Origin: Bacillota bacterium
Lineage (GTDB): Bacteria > Bacillota > Sulfobacillia > JAJZYS01 > JAJYTV01
Assembly (NCBI GenBank): GCA_021793315.1
Contig: JAJYSZ010000006.1
Span: 459-64,458 of the forward strand
Direction: 5' to 3'
Length of the DNA stretch: 64,000 nucleotides
Positions 20,006 through 30,168 of this stretch are shown piece by piece; within the stretch, counting starts at the first letter, position 1; every line of letters begins with the position of its first letter. The notes under the pieces were generated by a model. It did no database searches. It was not told where the DNA came from and saw only the letters and a list, made by a program, of their open reading frames with translations. Position numbers and translations under genes: made by a program.

Positions 20006-20946
20006 TGGAAGAGCAGCGAAACCGACTCGTCCTCGTGGATGCGCGTGATCGCCTCGCCCAGGAGAGGAGCGATCGAAAGCACGCGGAAGCGCTCGCCCGC
20101 GTCGCTGCGCAGGGGAATCGAGTCCGTCACGACCACCTCACGGATCGGCGCCGCCTGCAGGCGCGCCATCCCAGGGCCCGAGAGCACAGGGTGGGTGCAG
20201 GCGACGTAGATCTCGCGTGCCCCGTGCTCCAGGAGGGCCACCGCCGCGGCGGCGATCGTGCCGCCGGTGTCGATCATGTCGTCCACCATGATACAGGTAC
20301 GGTCCCGCACCTTGCCGATGACGTGGGTCACCTCGCTGACGCCCGGTTCGGGGCGACGCTTGTCGATGAAGCCGATGGGCATGTCCAGCCTCTCGGCAAG
20401 ATCGCGCGCGCGGTTGCCGCCGCCGGCGTCCGGTGCCACGACGATGCCGTCGCGGATACTGAGGTCGTGGAAGTATTGGGCGAGAATCGGCACACCTGTC
20501 AGATGGTCGAGCGGGATGTCGAAGAAGCCCTGGATCTGCGGTGCATGCAGGTCCATCGTCAGGATGCGGTCCGCGCCGGCGGTCGTCAGCAGGTTCGCTA
20601 CCAGCTTGGCCGTGATCGGCTCGCGCCCAGACGTTTTGCGGTCCTGCCGCGCGTAGCCGTAGAACGGGATGACCGCGGTCACGCGCTGCGGCGAGGCGCG
20701 CCGAAAGGCGTCCAGCATCACCAGTAGCTCCATCATATTCTCGTTCACGGGATCGCAGGTCGGCTGGATGACGAAGACGTCGCATCCGCGCACGTTGTCG
20801 CGGATCATGACGCGCACTTCGCCGTTCGAGAAGCGGCCGATCTGCATGTCCCCCAGCGGCACCCCGATCTGCTGCGCGATCGCTTCGGCCAGCGCCGGAT
20901 TGGCCCTGCCGGAGAAGATCTTGAGTTCACCGTCGCGGTATCCCAC
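20002..20946 (-). CDS. prs: Ribose-phosphate pyrophosphokinase
   Basis: RFSNGE, PFYGYARQDRK, DLHAPQIQGFF, VDDMIDTGGT. Confidence 0.98.
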   Translation of the reverse strand: MGYRDGELKIFSGRANPALAEAIAQQIGVPLGDMQIGRFSNGEVRVMIRDNVRGCDVFVIQPTCDPVNENMMELLVMLDAFRRASPQRVTAVIPFYGYARQDRKTSGREPITAKLVANLLTTAGADRILTMDLHAPQIQGFFDIPLDHLTGVPILAQYFHDLSIRDGIVVAPDAGGGNRARDLAERLDMPIGFIDKRRPEPGVSEVTHVIGKVRDRTCIMVDDMIDTGGTIAAAAVALLEHGAREIYVACTHPVLSGPGMARLQAAPIREVVVTDSIPLRSDAGERFRVLSIAPLLGEAITRIHEDESVSLLFQ

Positions 20947-20951
20947 TGCGC

Positions 20952-22316
20952 TTACTCCTCCCGCGATCTACGCCGGGCGACCCAGCCCTCGATGTTGCGC
21001 TGACGTTCGCGCGCCACCGCAAGGGCCTCGTCCGGCACATTCTGGGTAATGGTCGAACCGGCGGCGACATAACCTTCGCGGCCGATCTCCACGGGGGAGA
21101 TCAGGTTCGCATTGCAGCCGATGAACGCTCCGTCGCTGATGCGCGTGAAGTGCTTGCGGCGCCCGTCGTAGTTGACGATCACCGTACCGGCTCCGATGTT
21201 CACCCGCCGCCCGATCGCTGCGTTGCCGAGGTAGCTGTGGTGACGGACCTTGGTCTGGTCACCGACCTCGACGCCCTTCATTTCGACAAAATTCCCGATC
21301 GACACCTGCCTGCCTGTCCGCGTTCCTGGACGAAGATGCGTGAACGGCCCGCAGGACGTGCCATCGCCCAGTTCTGTCTCCTCCAGCACCGAGAAAGAAA
21401 CCTTGCAGGCGTCGCCGAGCACGGAGTCCAGGAGCCGCGTCTGCGGCCCAAGCTCGCAGCCCTCGCCCACCCTGGTCTCACCCTCGAGAAACGTGAAGGG
21501 GTGCAGGATGGTGTCACGGCCGACCACCACCGTTGCGTCGACATAGGTCGTGGCGGGGTCGAGCACCGTCACTCCGCCGTCCATCAGACGCTCCACCTGG
21601 CGGCGCCTGAGGGCTGCCTCCGCCAGGGCTAGCTCGCGCCGGTCGTTCACCTGCGCCGCCTCGGCCGCGGGGACCATGACCACCTTGAGTCGGTCCCGGG
21701 CGGCGAGGTCCGTGACGGCGTCGACAAAGTAGATCTCCCCCTGCGCGTTCTGCGTGCCCACGCGGGCGATCGCCTCGCGCAGCGGCGCCAAAGGCAGCAG
21801 ATAGGCCCCGACGTTGACCTCGCGGATGGCCCGCTCGCGCTCGTCGCAGTCGGCATCCTCGATGATCCGCTGCAGGCCATCCGTCTGGCTGCGTTCGACC
21901 CGCCCGAAGCCGCTCGGATCCGGGACCTCAGCCACGAGCAAGCCGCCCATCGGGCCGCGCTCGGCAACGAGGGCGTTCAGGGTCTCACCCTGGAGCAGCG
22001 GCAGGTCGCCGTTCACCACAAGGATCCACTCGGTGTCCTCGCCGATCGCCTCCAGGGCCGTGAGCACCGCATCGCCGGTGCCAAGCTGCTCCTTCTGCCA
22101 GACGACATCGGCACGCTCGCCGAGGTACTCCTCGATCAGTTCCCCGCCGTAGCCCACGACGCAGAGCGGCTTGTCGAGGCTGGCGGCCTCGATGGCCGCC
22201 AGCACGTGACCGAGCATCGGCCGACCGGCCAGCCGATGCAGGGCCTTGGGCAGCTCGGAGCGCATCCGGGTTCCTTTCCCGGCTGCCAGGACGACGGGGC
22301 GAATCCCCTCAGGCAT
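20952..22316 (-). CDS. glmU: Bifunctional GlcNAc-1-P uridyltransferase/acetyltransferase
   Basis: LAAGKGTRM, QLGTGDAV, hexapeptide repeats, IGNFVEMK, IGAGTVIVNYDG. Confidence 0.97.
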   Translation of the reverse strand: MPEGIRPVVLAAGKGTRMRSELPKALHRLAGRPMLGHVLAAIEAASLDKPLCVVGYGGELIEEYLGERADVVWQKEQLGTGDAVLTALEAIGEDTEWILVVNGDLPLLQGETLNALVAERGPMGGLLVAEVPDPSGFGRVERSQTDGLQRIIEDADCDERERAIREVNVGAYLLPLAPLREAIARVGTQNAQGEIYFVDAVTDLAARDRLKVVMVPAAEAAQVNDRRELALAEAALRRRQVERLMDGGVTVLDPATTYVDATVVVGRDTILHPFTFLEGETRVGEGCELGPQTRLLDSVLGDACKVSFSVLEETELGDGTSCGPFTHLRPGTRTGRQVSIGNFVEMKGVEVGDQTKVRHHSYLGNAAIGRRVNIGAGTVIVNYDGRRKHFTRISDGAFIGCNANLISPVEIGREGYVAAGSTITQNVPDEALAVARERQRNIEGWVARRRSREE

Positions 22317-23163
22317 GATGACGTGCCTCCTCGAGATAGAGCTGGAAAGACTCCGATGGACCGAGCTGCACGCGCCTCAGGTGCTCATCCACCGCGTCGA
22401 GCCTCAGCACGCTGAACTGCGGCGCGGGCAGGTACTTGTCTTCGGACGGCGTCTCGCAGAGCGAGGCGATGCCCACGCAGGTGGTCCGAAGTTCCTGGCA
22501 GAGTTCCACGAGTCCGCGCACGGTGCTGCCGCCTTTGAGGAAGTCGTCCACCACAAGCACCCGACTGCCGGCCGGCAGGGCCCGTCGAGGCAGCGACATG
22601 GTGCCGATGCGGCCGGAAGACGATACATAGTTGATGCCGATCGCCGGCCCTTCGGTGACGCGGCTCTCGCGCCTGGCCACCGCCAGTGGCACCCCGAGCG
22701 AGCGCGCCGTCATCAGCGCGAGGGGGATGCCCTTGGTCTCCATGGTCAGCACCATCTCGGGCGCCTCCGGCTGAAAGCGTCCGGCGAAGAGCGCGCCGAT
22801 GCGTTCGGACCAGTGAGGGGAAAAGATGACGTCGGTCATGTAGAGGAAGCCGCCCTGAATGATCCGTTCGGGATCCGACAGCTCCACGGAGAGAGCTTGA
22901 GCCAAGTCTTCCGCGTGAGAGGCCGAGAAACCCGTGCGGTAACGCATGCCGCCGGCCGCTCCGGTTACGGTCTCGATGACGCCGAGGCCTTTCTCCTGCA
23001 GAACGTCGTCGATGAGGGCAATATCCTCGGAGAGGGTCGAACGCGCGGCGCCGGTGGCGACCGAGAGTTCCGCCAGGGAATACAGGCGCCCCGGCGCGGA
23101 TGCGATGCGCCGGGTCAGTTCAATGATGCGCCGCAGCCTTGCGTAACGCGCTTCCCTAGCCAC
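22309..23163 (-). CDS. purR: Pur operon repressor
   Basis: STLSEDI, TVTGAAGGMRY, GGFLYMTD, TMETKGIPLA, VVDDFLKGGST; start re-called to GTG 23163. Confidence 0.92.
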   Translation of the reverse strand: MAREARYARLRRIIELTRRIASAPGRLYSLAELSVATGAARSTLSEDIALIDDVLQEKGLGVIETVTGAAGGMRYRTGFSASHAEDLAQALSVELSDPERIIQGGFLYMTDVIFSPHWSERIGALFAGRFQPEAPEMVLTMETKGIPLALMTARSLGVPLAVARRESRVTEGPAIGINYVSSSGRIGTMSLPRRALPAGSRVLVVDDFLKGGSTVRGLVELCQELRTTCVGIASLCETPSEDKYLPAPQFSVLRLDAVDEHLRRVQLGPSESFQLYLEEARHHA

Positions 23164-23926
23164 CGCTTGCCCCCGTTTCCGTGCTGCGCAGCTCCTTCTC
23201 GCAGAACGGAATGTCGCCGGGATGGTCGACATCGACTCCGATCTCCGCATACGGCAACGGCACAGCGCGGGACAACACGCCGAGAAGCCGGGAGAAGCGC
23301 TCCTCGGCCTCGGCGACGGTCGCCCGCCCAAGAAGCAATCGTAGCATGAAAGAGGGCCCCACTTTAAGGGCCAGGCGCCAAGGTTTCTTGCGCAAGGCGA
23401 CAAGTTCCTCGGCGACACTGATCGCACGCGGTGCCGCCTGCGGGTCCAAAAGGATGATGTTGCCGCCGGTGAATACGCCGTCCTTGAGCCGGACATAGGT
23501 GCGCTTGTTGCCAGGGAAGCGCCGCTCGACGTCCGCGCGACTCACGACGGGGTAATGGAACTCTGCCGGTTTCTGCGCCGCGGCGCTGACGAACGCCTCG
23601 ACGGACCCGGCCGTCAGCATCGGAATGTCGGACGTAGCCACCAAAAGCGGCTGCTCCAGGCTCATGGCGTGCGCGCCGCGGCGCACGTTCTCGATGAGGT
23701 CGTCCGAAGGCGGCATCACGGCGTCCTCCGGGCGCAGGTAGACCCGCAGTTCCTCAGGGCCCACGACCACGATCCGCTTGGCCACCCCGGACGCCTTGAG
23801 CGCCTCGATCACCCAGGCTGCCATCGGCTTGCCTGCGATCGGCACAAGCGCCTCCCACTGGACATCCGCGACGGACCGCAGCTCGCCTTCGTTGCGTCGG
23901 CCAGCCAGGACCACGACATCGACCAC
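23156..23926 (-). CDS. Nucleotidyltransferase-family protein (MobA/NTP_transf_3-like)
   Basis: VVLAG, ALVPIAGKPM, VATSDIP, RTYVRLKDG.FTGGN, EIGVDVD. Confidence 0.8.
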   Translation of the reverse strand: MVDVVVLAGRRNEGELRSVADVQWEALVPIAGKPMAAWVIEALKASGVAKRIVVVGPEELRVYLRPEDAVMPPSDDLIENVRRGAHAMSLEQPLLVATSDIPMLTAGSVEAFVSAAAQKPAEFHYPVVSRADVERRFPGNKRTYVRLKDGVFTGGNIILLDPQAAPRAISVAEELVALRKKPWRLALKVGPSFMLRLLLGRATVAEAEERFSRLLGVLSRAVPLPYAEIGVDVDHPGDIPFCEKELRSTETGASGG

Positions 23927-24100
23927 CTGGACATTCCTCCCGGACCGTCTCCCGCGCGCTCAGGCGCCGCGTCATCCGTGACCGCCGGTCCCGCCATCTA
24001 GCTCTGCCCAGCCTATGTCGGTCTGACGCCGTCGGCCGGGCGCAAAGCTGCCCCATGGCGGTCCTTCGCCGCCGATTGGCCAAATCCTGGCGCTGTCCGG

Positions 24101-24973
24101 CTAGGCCAGGCTTCCACCCCGCGTGGGACGCCGTCCCGAGAGGCGGTCGGGGCTTTGGGCCCGCCACGGCCAGGCATCGAGCGTCTGGCAGAGCAGCACC
24201 CGCGGCGCCAGGGGCCTCAAGGCCTGCAGGGCGCAAGCGGCCGACTGCGAGTCGGCGTGAAGGCTGAAGGCGGCGCTGCCGCTCCCGGTCACCTGCAGCC
24301 TGACGCCCTTGGCCGCGGCTTGGAACACCAGTTCCTTGAGTGCGGGACAGAGCCGCAGCGCTGCCGGCGCGAGGTCGTTTGCCGCCTGCTCGGCGCCCGC
24401 CAGAACCGCTTCGGTGGCGTTGCCGGGGCCAGGGCTGCTGACCCGGTAGACCTCCTGGGTCCGCAGCCCGACGCCAGGCCAAGCGATCACCGCAAACCGG
24501 GGCGGGGCCGGTGGCAGCGGCGTGAGGATCTCGCCGCGCCCGACGGCCAGCGCACGCGGTGCCCCACCCAGGAAGAAAGGGACATCGCTGCCGATCTGCC
24601 GCGCCATCGCAAGAAGCCGGTCGGCCGGCAGCTCCGGCAGCAGGATGTCGCGCAGGGCCCGCAGGATGCAGGCGGCATCGCTCGACCCGCCGCCGAGACC
24701 TGCCCCGATCGGGATGCGCTTTTGCACCCTGACGGAAACGGCCGCGCGGATTCCGGTGGTCGCCTCGAAAATCTCTGCCGCCTGCGTCACGAGATCCCCC
24801 GCCGGAACCTGCGGGTTCTCGACGCGAAAGCGCGCTGCCGGCACGACGTGCAGGCGGTCTCCGAGGGAGACCGCCTGCATCACCGAGCGGATCTCGTGGT
24901 ACCCGTCCGCCCGGGCGGGGCCCAGGTCCAGGCTCAGGTTGAGCTTGGCCGGCGCGAAAAAGCGCACGGACAC
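24101..24973 (-). CDS. ispE: 4-diphosphocytidyl-2-C-methyl-D-erythritol kinase
   Basis: APAKLNLSL, DGYHEI, KRIPIGAGLGGGSSDAA, GSDVPFF, TGSGSA. Confidence 0.97.
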   Translation of the reverse strand: MSVRFFAPAKLNLSLDLGPARADGYHEIRSVMQAVSLGDRLHVVPAARFRVENPQVPAGDLVTQAAEIFEATTGIRAAVSVRVQKRIPIGAGLGGGSSDAACILRALRDILLPELPADRLLAMARQIGSDVPFFLGGAPRALAVGRGEILTPLPPAPPRFAVIAWPGVGLRTQEVYRVSSPGPGNATEAVLAGAEQAANDLAPAALRLCPALKELVFQAAAKGVRLQVTGSGSAAFSLHADSQSAACALQALRPLAPRVLLCQTLDAWPWRAQSPDRLSGRRPTRGGSLA

Positions 24974-24988
24974 ACCCCCGACCTGAGG

Positions 24989-27628
24989 TTAGCCTGCGCC
25001 TCCCCGCCGCGCAAGCGAAGCGAGCCTCTCGGCGCCGGGCACCATGCCGGCCCGCCAAAGGTCGATCTCCTCGAGGATCGGCGTGAGCTTTTCGAAGAAG
25101 ACGCTCACCACGTCGCCGGGCGCCGCCTGCCGCAGCGCATCGCGCAGGGCATCGCGCTCGGAAAGCACGAGAAACGGCCGACCGCCCCCGAGACGCACGC
25201 CCTGCGCCACTCTTTGGGCCATCTCCCCGATTGCCCGGCCCCGGCGATCCTGATCCTCCTTGCAGTACACGACGTCGAACGCGGCCGCCGCCGTGCGCCC
25301 GAGCGCCAGGGCGTCCTCGTCCCGGCGGTCGCCGGGCAGGCCGACAACGCCCAGGAGGCGCCCCTGCGCCATCGCCCTGAGGCCCGGCGCGACGGCGGAG
25401 AGGGCCGCGGCGTTGTGGCCGTAATCCACCACGACGCGCACGTCGCCGATCTCGTGCACGTTGAGCCGGCCCGGATTCTGGCCGGAGTCGCTGCGGAAGC
25501 TGCGAAGCGCTGTCGCGATCGCGGACGGCGGCAGACCGAGCCCAACGGCACAGGCCGCCGCGGCCAGGGCGTTCTCGAGCATGGGCCTCCACGCCCCTCC
25601 CCCGGCGACGGCGATCTCCGCGATCGGCAGGATCGCCTCCGCCCTGCCGCCGCGCACCCAGGCCAGCTGCCCTTCGGCCGCCACCACCGCCTCGCCGCCC
25701 GCCGCCACGTGGCGGCGGAGCACGATGCCATCCGCCCGCGCGGCGAACAGGATGACCGGTGCGGCCGCGCGCTGCTGAAGGCGCGGCGTGCCAGGGTCGT
25801 CGGCGTTGAGCACGACGCGACCCTGGGGCCGCACGGCCTCGATCACGAGCGCCTTCAAAAGCTGCAGCTGCTCGATCGTCTCGACGCCGTCCTGCCCGAG
25901 GTGATCGCCCGTCACATTCAGGATGCAGCCGACGTCGGCACGGTCGTAGCCGAGCCCGCCACGCGCGATGCCGCCGCGGGCAACCTCGAGCACCGCGGCC
26001 TGCACCCGCGGATCTCTCAGCACCGCCCGCGCCGAACGCGGTCCCGCATCGTCGCCGCGTCCGAGCGAGTCGTCGCCTACCCCGTGTCCGTCGGTACAGG
26101 CGTAGCCGACGGTGAGCCCCGTCTGCTCGAGCATCTGCCGCACCAGGCGCACGGTGGTCGTCTTGCCGTTCGAGCCGGTGATGGCCACGAGCGGGGTGCG
26201 AGTGGGGCTACCGGGCGGGTAGAGCGAGTCCACGATGGCTCCTGCCGCATCGCGCGGCTCTCCGAGCGTTGGATGGTGATGCATGCGGATGCCGGGCGCG
26301 GCGTTGACCTCCAGCACCCATGCGGGACTCTCGGGATCCGCGATGTCCCGCGCGACCATGTCCACCCCCGCGACGTCGAGTCCGATCGCGAGAGCTGCCC
26401 GCTCGGCCAGCAACCGGTGCGGTGCCGCCACCTCGTCGGTCACGTCGACGGCACTGCCGCCGGTGGAAAGATTGGCCGCCTCGCGCAGCAGGACGGTCCG
26501 CCCGAGCGGCGGCACGTCCTCCGCGGTGAGGCCCTGACGGGAAAGACAGCGCAGCGCGATCACGTCGAGCGGCACCTGCGTCAGGGGCTTCTCATGACCG
26601 CTGCCGCGGCGCGGGTCGAGGTTCAGCTGCGCCACCAGCTCCGCGACGCTGCTGCGGCCGTCCCCCGTCACCTGGGCCTGCAGGCGCTGGGCTGCGGCCA
26701 CCAGCCGGCCAGCGACCACCAGGAGGCGGTATTGCCTGCCCTGCACCTGCTCCTCCACGAGCACCTCAGGCATCACTTCCTGCGCCACCTCGACCGCCGC
26801 GCGGATCTCGTCGGGCTCGGTCAGCCCCAGCGTGACGCCGCGCCCCTGGCAGCCGGCCAGGGGTTTGACAGCCACCTGGCAGCCGAGTGCGGCCTGGGCC
26901 GCGATCGCTTCCGGGGTGCTCTCCACGACGTAGCCGCGCGGCACCGGGATGCCCTGCGCCGCGAGGGTCTCCTTGCACTGCTGCTTGTCGCCCGCGAGAT
27001 CGACGGCGATCGCCGAAGAGCGGTCCGTGAGTGTCGCCTGCAGGCGTCGCATGTAGCGGCCGTGACCGAGTTCGAGCATGCTGGTCGCCCCGATGCGGCG
27101 CACAGGGATGTCGCGCCGCAGGGCAGCCTGCACGATCGCCGCCGTGCTCGGGCCGAGACAGCGCCGGGCATAGAGCTCCCTAAGCCGGCGGTGCTCCGGC
27201 TCGAGGACGAACGTCCGCCTCTCCGCGAGCGCCGCGATGTACCGCCGCGCGAGGTCCGCCGCCGCATGGCCCACCTCGGCCTCGGGGGATTCGAACGCGA
27301 TGCGGAAGCGGCTGCTGCGCCCGATCTGGCGCGTCTTGCCGTAGACGCCCTCGGCGCCGCAACCATGCAGCAACTCAAGCGCCAGGTGCTCGAGCACGTG
27401 GCCGAGCAGCGTCCCTTCGCGCAACCGCAGCACGAAGCCGCCGGCGTAGCCGAGGCTGCAATGGTGATCGCTCAGTCCTGGGACATCCCGCAGAAGGGTG
27501 TCCGTGAAGCCGGGAAACTCCCGTGTCGTCTGTTCGGCCAGCCGGCCGAGTTCCAGTTCCAATTCCAGCATGGGCCTGTGGCAGTGCGGGTTTGGTCCCT
27601 CGAAATACCGCCAGGCGAGGATCTGCAC
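24989..27628 (-). CDS. cphA: Cyanophycin synthetase
   Basis: GTLLGHVLEH, GPSTAAIV, ELGHG, KPLAGCQGRGVT, EVNAAPGIRMH, TGSNGKTTT, PGRLN, VDYGHN; GTG 27628 behind GAGGAGGAG. Confidence 0.96.
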   Translation of the reverse strand: MQILAWRYFEGPNPHCHRPMLELELELGRLAEQTTREFPGFTDTLLRDVPGLSDHHCSLGYAGGFVLRLREGTLLGHVLEHLALELLHGCGAEGVYGKTRQIGRSSRFRIAFESPEAEVGHAAADLARRYIAALAERRTFVLEPEHRRLRELYARRCLGPSTAAIVQAALRRDIPVRRIGATSMLELGHGRYMRRLQATLTDRSSAIAVDLAGDKQQCKETLAAQGIPVPRGYVVESTPEAIAAQAALGCQVAVKPLAGCQGRGVTLGLTEPDEIRAAVEVAQEVMPEVLVEEQVQGRQYRLLVVAGRLVAAAQRLQAQVTGDGRSSVAELVAQLNLDPRRGSGHEKPLTQVPLDVIALRCLSRQGLTAEDVPPLGRTVLLREAANLSTGGSAVDVTDEVAAPHRLLAERAALAIGLDVAGVDMVARDIADPESPAWVLEVNAAPGIRMHHHPTLGEPRDAAGAIVDSLYPPGSPTRTPLVAITGSNGKTTTVRLVRQMLEQTGLTVGYACTDGHGVGDDSLGRGDDAGPRSARAVLRDPRVQAAVLEVARGGIARGGLGYDRADVGCILNVTGDHLGQDGVETIEQLQLLKALVIEAVRPQGRVVLNADDPGTPRLQQRAAAPVILFAARADGIVLRRHVAAGGEAVVAAEGQLAWVRGGRAEAILPIAEIAVAGGGAWRPMLENALAAAACAVGLGLPPSAIATALRSFRSDSGQNPGRLNVHEIGDVRVVVDYGHNAAALSAVAPGLRAMAQGRLLGVVGLPGDRRDEDALALGRTAAAAFDVVYCKEDQDRRGRAIGEMAQRVAQGVRLGGGRPFLVLSERDALRDALRQAAPGDVVSVFFEKLTPILEEIDLWRAGMVPGAERLASLARRGGAG

Positions 27629-27641
27629 GAAGGGCTCCTCC

Positions 27642-28472
27642 TCAGCGCGATGCAGGCACTTCGCTATGGTCTCCCGCCCGAGCCCGATTATGCGTCGCCA
27701 TGCGGCGCGCAAGATCGAAAGAAGACCCCTGCGGCAACACCCACAGGGCCACAGGGCCAAGCCGCATGGGTGCGTCGACGGCAGCCTCGGAGGCATCGCC
27801 GACATAGGCGCCGCGGGCGTCAAGCACGGTCACCGTGCCGCTGCCCAGCACCTCCATCTCCTCACCAGGGTGCACGAGCACGGCCGTGTTCTCGTCGATG
27901 CCGATGCCGAGCGTGCCGGGATTCTGCGCCAAGGCTGCGAGGAGACGGTTGATGCGGCCGCGCTGGGCGAAGTGCTGGTCGACCACCGCGTCGGGCAACA
28001 GGCCGAGGCCCGGACACATCCGCACTGTGCCCCGCCGCGCGGACTCTTCGTCCGCACCTCCGACCAGCATGGTGGAACTCATCGCGGAGGCGCCGGCCGA
28101 CGTGCCGCCGATCACCGCTCCCCTCAGGTGGGCCCGGCGCAGGGCATCCTCGTACGGCGTGCCGCCGAGGACGCTTGTGATGCGCAACTGGTCCCCGCCC
28201 GTGAAGAAGATGCCATTCGCATCCTCGAGGAGGCCGATCCCTCTCTCGTCCGCGCAATCTTCGCGCGTGCGGGCATCGAGGTGGTGAACCGCCGTGACGC
28301 CGAGGTCCTTGAAGCTCTCGCGGTAGCGCTTGAGCGCCGCCAGGGGCTCGACAGTCGCCAGGGTGACGAGGGTGATCGCGCCCGAGTCGCCCGCGATCTC
28401 GCGGAAGCGACGCAGGATCTCGCCGCGCGGCTCCTCGTGCCCGCCGATCAGCAGGAGCGCTCCTCTTGGCAT
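27642..28472 (-). CDS. cphB: Cyanophycinase
   Basis: LLIGGHEE, FFTGGDQLRI, GTSAGA (catalytic Ser), DQHFAQRGR, GIDENT. Confidence 0.95.
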   Translation of the reverse strand: MPRGALLLIGGHEEPRGEILRRFREIAGDSGAITLVTLATVEPLAALKRYRESFKDLGVTAVHHLDARTREDCADERGIGLLEDANGIFFTGGDQLRITSVLGGTPYEDALRRAHLRGAVIGGTSAGASAMSSTMLVGGADEESARRGTVRMCPGLGLLPDAVVDQHFAQRGRINRLLAALAQNPGTLGIGIDENTAVLVHPGEEMEVLGSGTVTVLDARGAYVGDASEAAVDAPMRLGPVALWVLPQGSSFDLARRMATHNRARAGDHSEVPASR

Positions 28473-28646
28473 GCCGCCACCCCCGTTTGCCGTTTTCGGC
28501 CTTGCTCGCAAGCGGTCTGCACTCCGAGGAGGCTACCCCTACAAGAGCGACGGCATGCGGATCAAGGCGGCAGGAGACGCGGCCTCCGGGCGCAGAACGC
28601 ATAGCCAGCCCAGGCAGCCCGGATGCCGGGCCGGAGGTCTCGATCG

Positions 28647-29336
28647 ATGAAAGCCATCCTGTTCGACGCCGGCAACACGCTTCTCCACCTGGATTACCCT
28701 TGGCTTGCGAGCCTCGCGCGGAGTCTCGGCTCCAAGGCCCTGGCGGACGACGTCGGCTTCGCGACCGCACAGGTCTCCCGCCGGGGCTGGCCGGCCCCCC
28801 GCGTCGACGACCGGCCGACGGCGTTCTTCGCCGGCTATTTCGGCGCGATCGGCGAGGCGGTCGGCCTTTCCGCGCGGGCCGCCGAAAGGTTTGCCCTGGC
28901 GGTGGAGACGGAACACCTGGGCGACCGCCGCGGCATCTGGCGCAGCCCTGCGCCCCAGGCGCTCGAGGTGCTGAGAGGCCTCAACGCCCGGGGAGTCCTG
29001 CTCGGCGTCGTCTCGAACGCCGACGGGCGCGTCGAGGAGCAGCTCGCCGCCGCAGGCCTGCGAGAGCCGCTTCGGACGGTGGTCGACTCGTACGCCGTAG
29101 GCGTCGACAAGCCCGATCCGCGCATCTTCCGCATCGCGCTCGGGCTGCTACAGGTGGACGCCGCGGACGCCTGCTACGTCGGCGATCTCTTCGACGTCGA
29201 CGTCAAGGGTGCCAGGGCCGCCGGCCTCGAAGCGCTTCTCTACGACCGCTGGAACGCCTACCCCGAGCTGAGGGAAGGGCGCATCCGCTCGCTCGGCGAG
29301 CTCCTGAACCTGCCGCACGCGGACGGTGCGGCGTGA
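28647..29336 (+). CDS. HAD-family hydrolase
   Basis: MKAILFDAGNTL, VVSNADG, KPDPRIF, YVGDLFDVDVKGA. Confidence 0.9.
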   Translation: MKAILFDAGNTLLHLDYPWLASLARSLGSKALADDVGFATAQVSRRGWPAPRVDDRPTAFFAGYFGAIGEAVGLSARAAERFALAVETEHLGDRRGIWRSPAPQALEVLRGLNARGVLLGVVSNADGRVEEQLAAAGLREPLRTVVDSYAVGVDKPDPRIFRIALGLLQVDAADACYVGDLFDVDVKGARAAGLEALLYDRWNAYPELREGRIRSLGELLNLPHADGAA

Positions 29337-29340
29337 CCTC

Positions 29341-30033
29341 TTAGGCAAGCAGGGTCTTGATCTCGGCACAACCCTCGATCCTGGGCCCGTCCCAGTGGGG
29401 CACCGGCCTCCTGCGCCGGGCGGGATCGGGTCTCGTGGCGATGAGCACCGCCTGCATCCCGACCGCCTGGGCGCCCTGAAGTTCGTCGTCGCTGCCGTCT
29501 CCCACGTACAGGCAATCCTTCGGCTGCACCTCGAGCCGGTTGCAGGCGAGCTCGTAGATCCGCGGGTCCGGCTTGGCCAGGTGCACCGCCGCCGAAAGCA
29601 CGGAGACGTCGAGCCCTCTGGCGAGTTCGGTTTCGTCCCACAAAGGCACCAGCTCCATCGCGCAGTTGCTGATGAGGCCCAGGCGCAAGCCGCGTCCGTG
29701 CAGCCAGTCGAAGGTCGGCAGGACATCGTCGAAGGGCGTCAGGAGCGAGCGCTCGTAATCGAGCCGGCGCTTGAGCGCCCGCTCCACCGCGTCCCACGCC
29801 GGGTGGGCATCGATGGCGTGGCAGGCCTTCGCAATGCTCTCCTGGGCGTCGGCGAAACGCCCCATCACGCGGTCTTCCCAGAGCTGCCCGTTCCAGACCC
29901 TGCGAAAAGACGCGAGCGGCACGCTGAGATCAGCCGCCATGGCCGTGAGACACGGCTCGTAGGCGTTTGTCGAGAAGCTCGGCACCAGAGTCCCGAAAAG
30001 ATCGAACACGACCGCCTCTGCCTTCAGTCCCAT
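29341..30033 (-). CDS. HAD-family hydrolase
   Basis: VVFDLFGTLV, LISNC, KPDPRIY, YVGDGSDDELQGA. Confidence 0.9.
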   Translation of the reverse strand: MGLKAEAVVFDLFGTLVPSFSTNAYEPCLTAMAADLSVPLASFRRVWNGQLWEDRVMGRFADAQESIAKACHAIDAHPAWDAVERALKRRLDYERSLLTPFDDVLPTFDWLHGRGLRLGLISNCAMELVPLWDETELARGLDVSVLSAAVHLAKPDPRIYELACNRLEVQPKDCLYVGDGSDDELQGAQAVGMQAVLIATRPDPARRRRPVPHWDGPRIEGCAEIKTLLA

Positions 30034-30168
30034 CCCTCCGCGCTGCTCGGTGTGGAGCACGCTTCTGCACGGCCGCGCGGTGCTCCTGCGCCGCGTCCGG
30101 CAGCTCCTGCGGCCAGCGCGTAGGACCTGCCGCCGAAAGAGCGTATTCCCTGCTGGGGAGGCGATGAT

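Noticed and set aside
24155-27952. 1265-aa plus-strand ORF
   Set aside because: Antisense shadow of cphA/ispE; the same applies to 15776-17659, 18155-20209, 49428-51563 and most Arg/Pro/Ala-rich ORFs in the track
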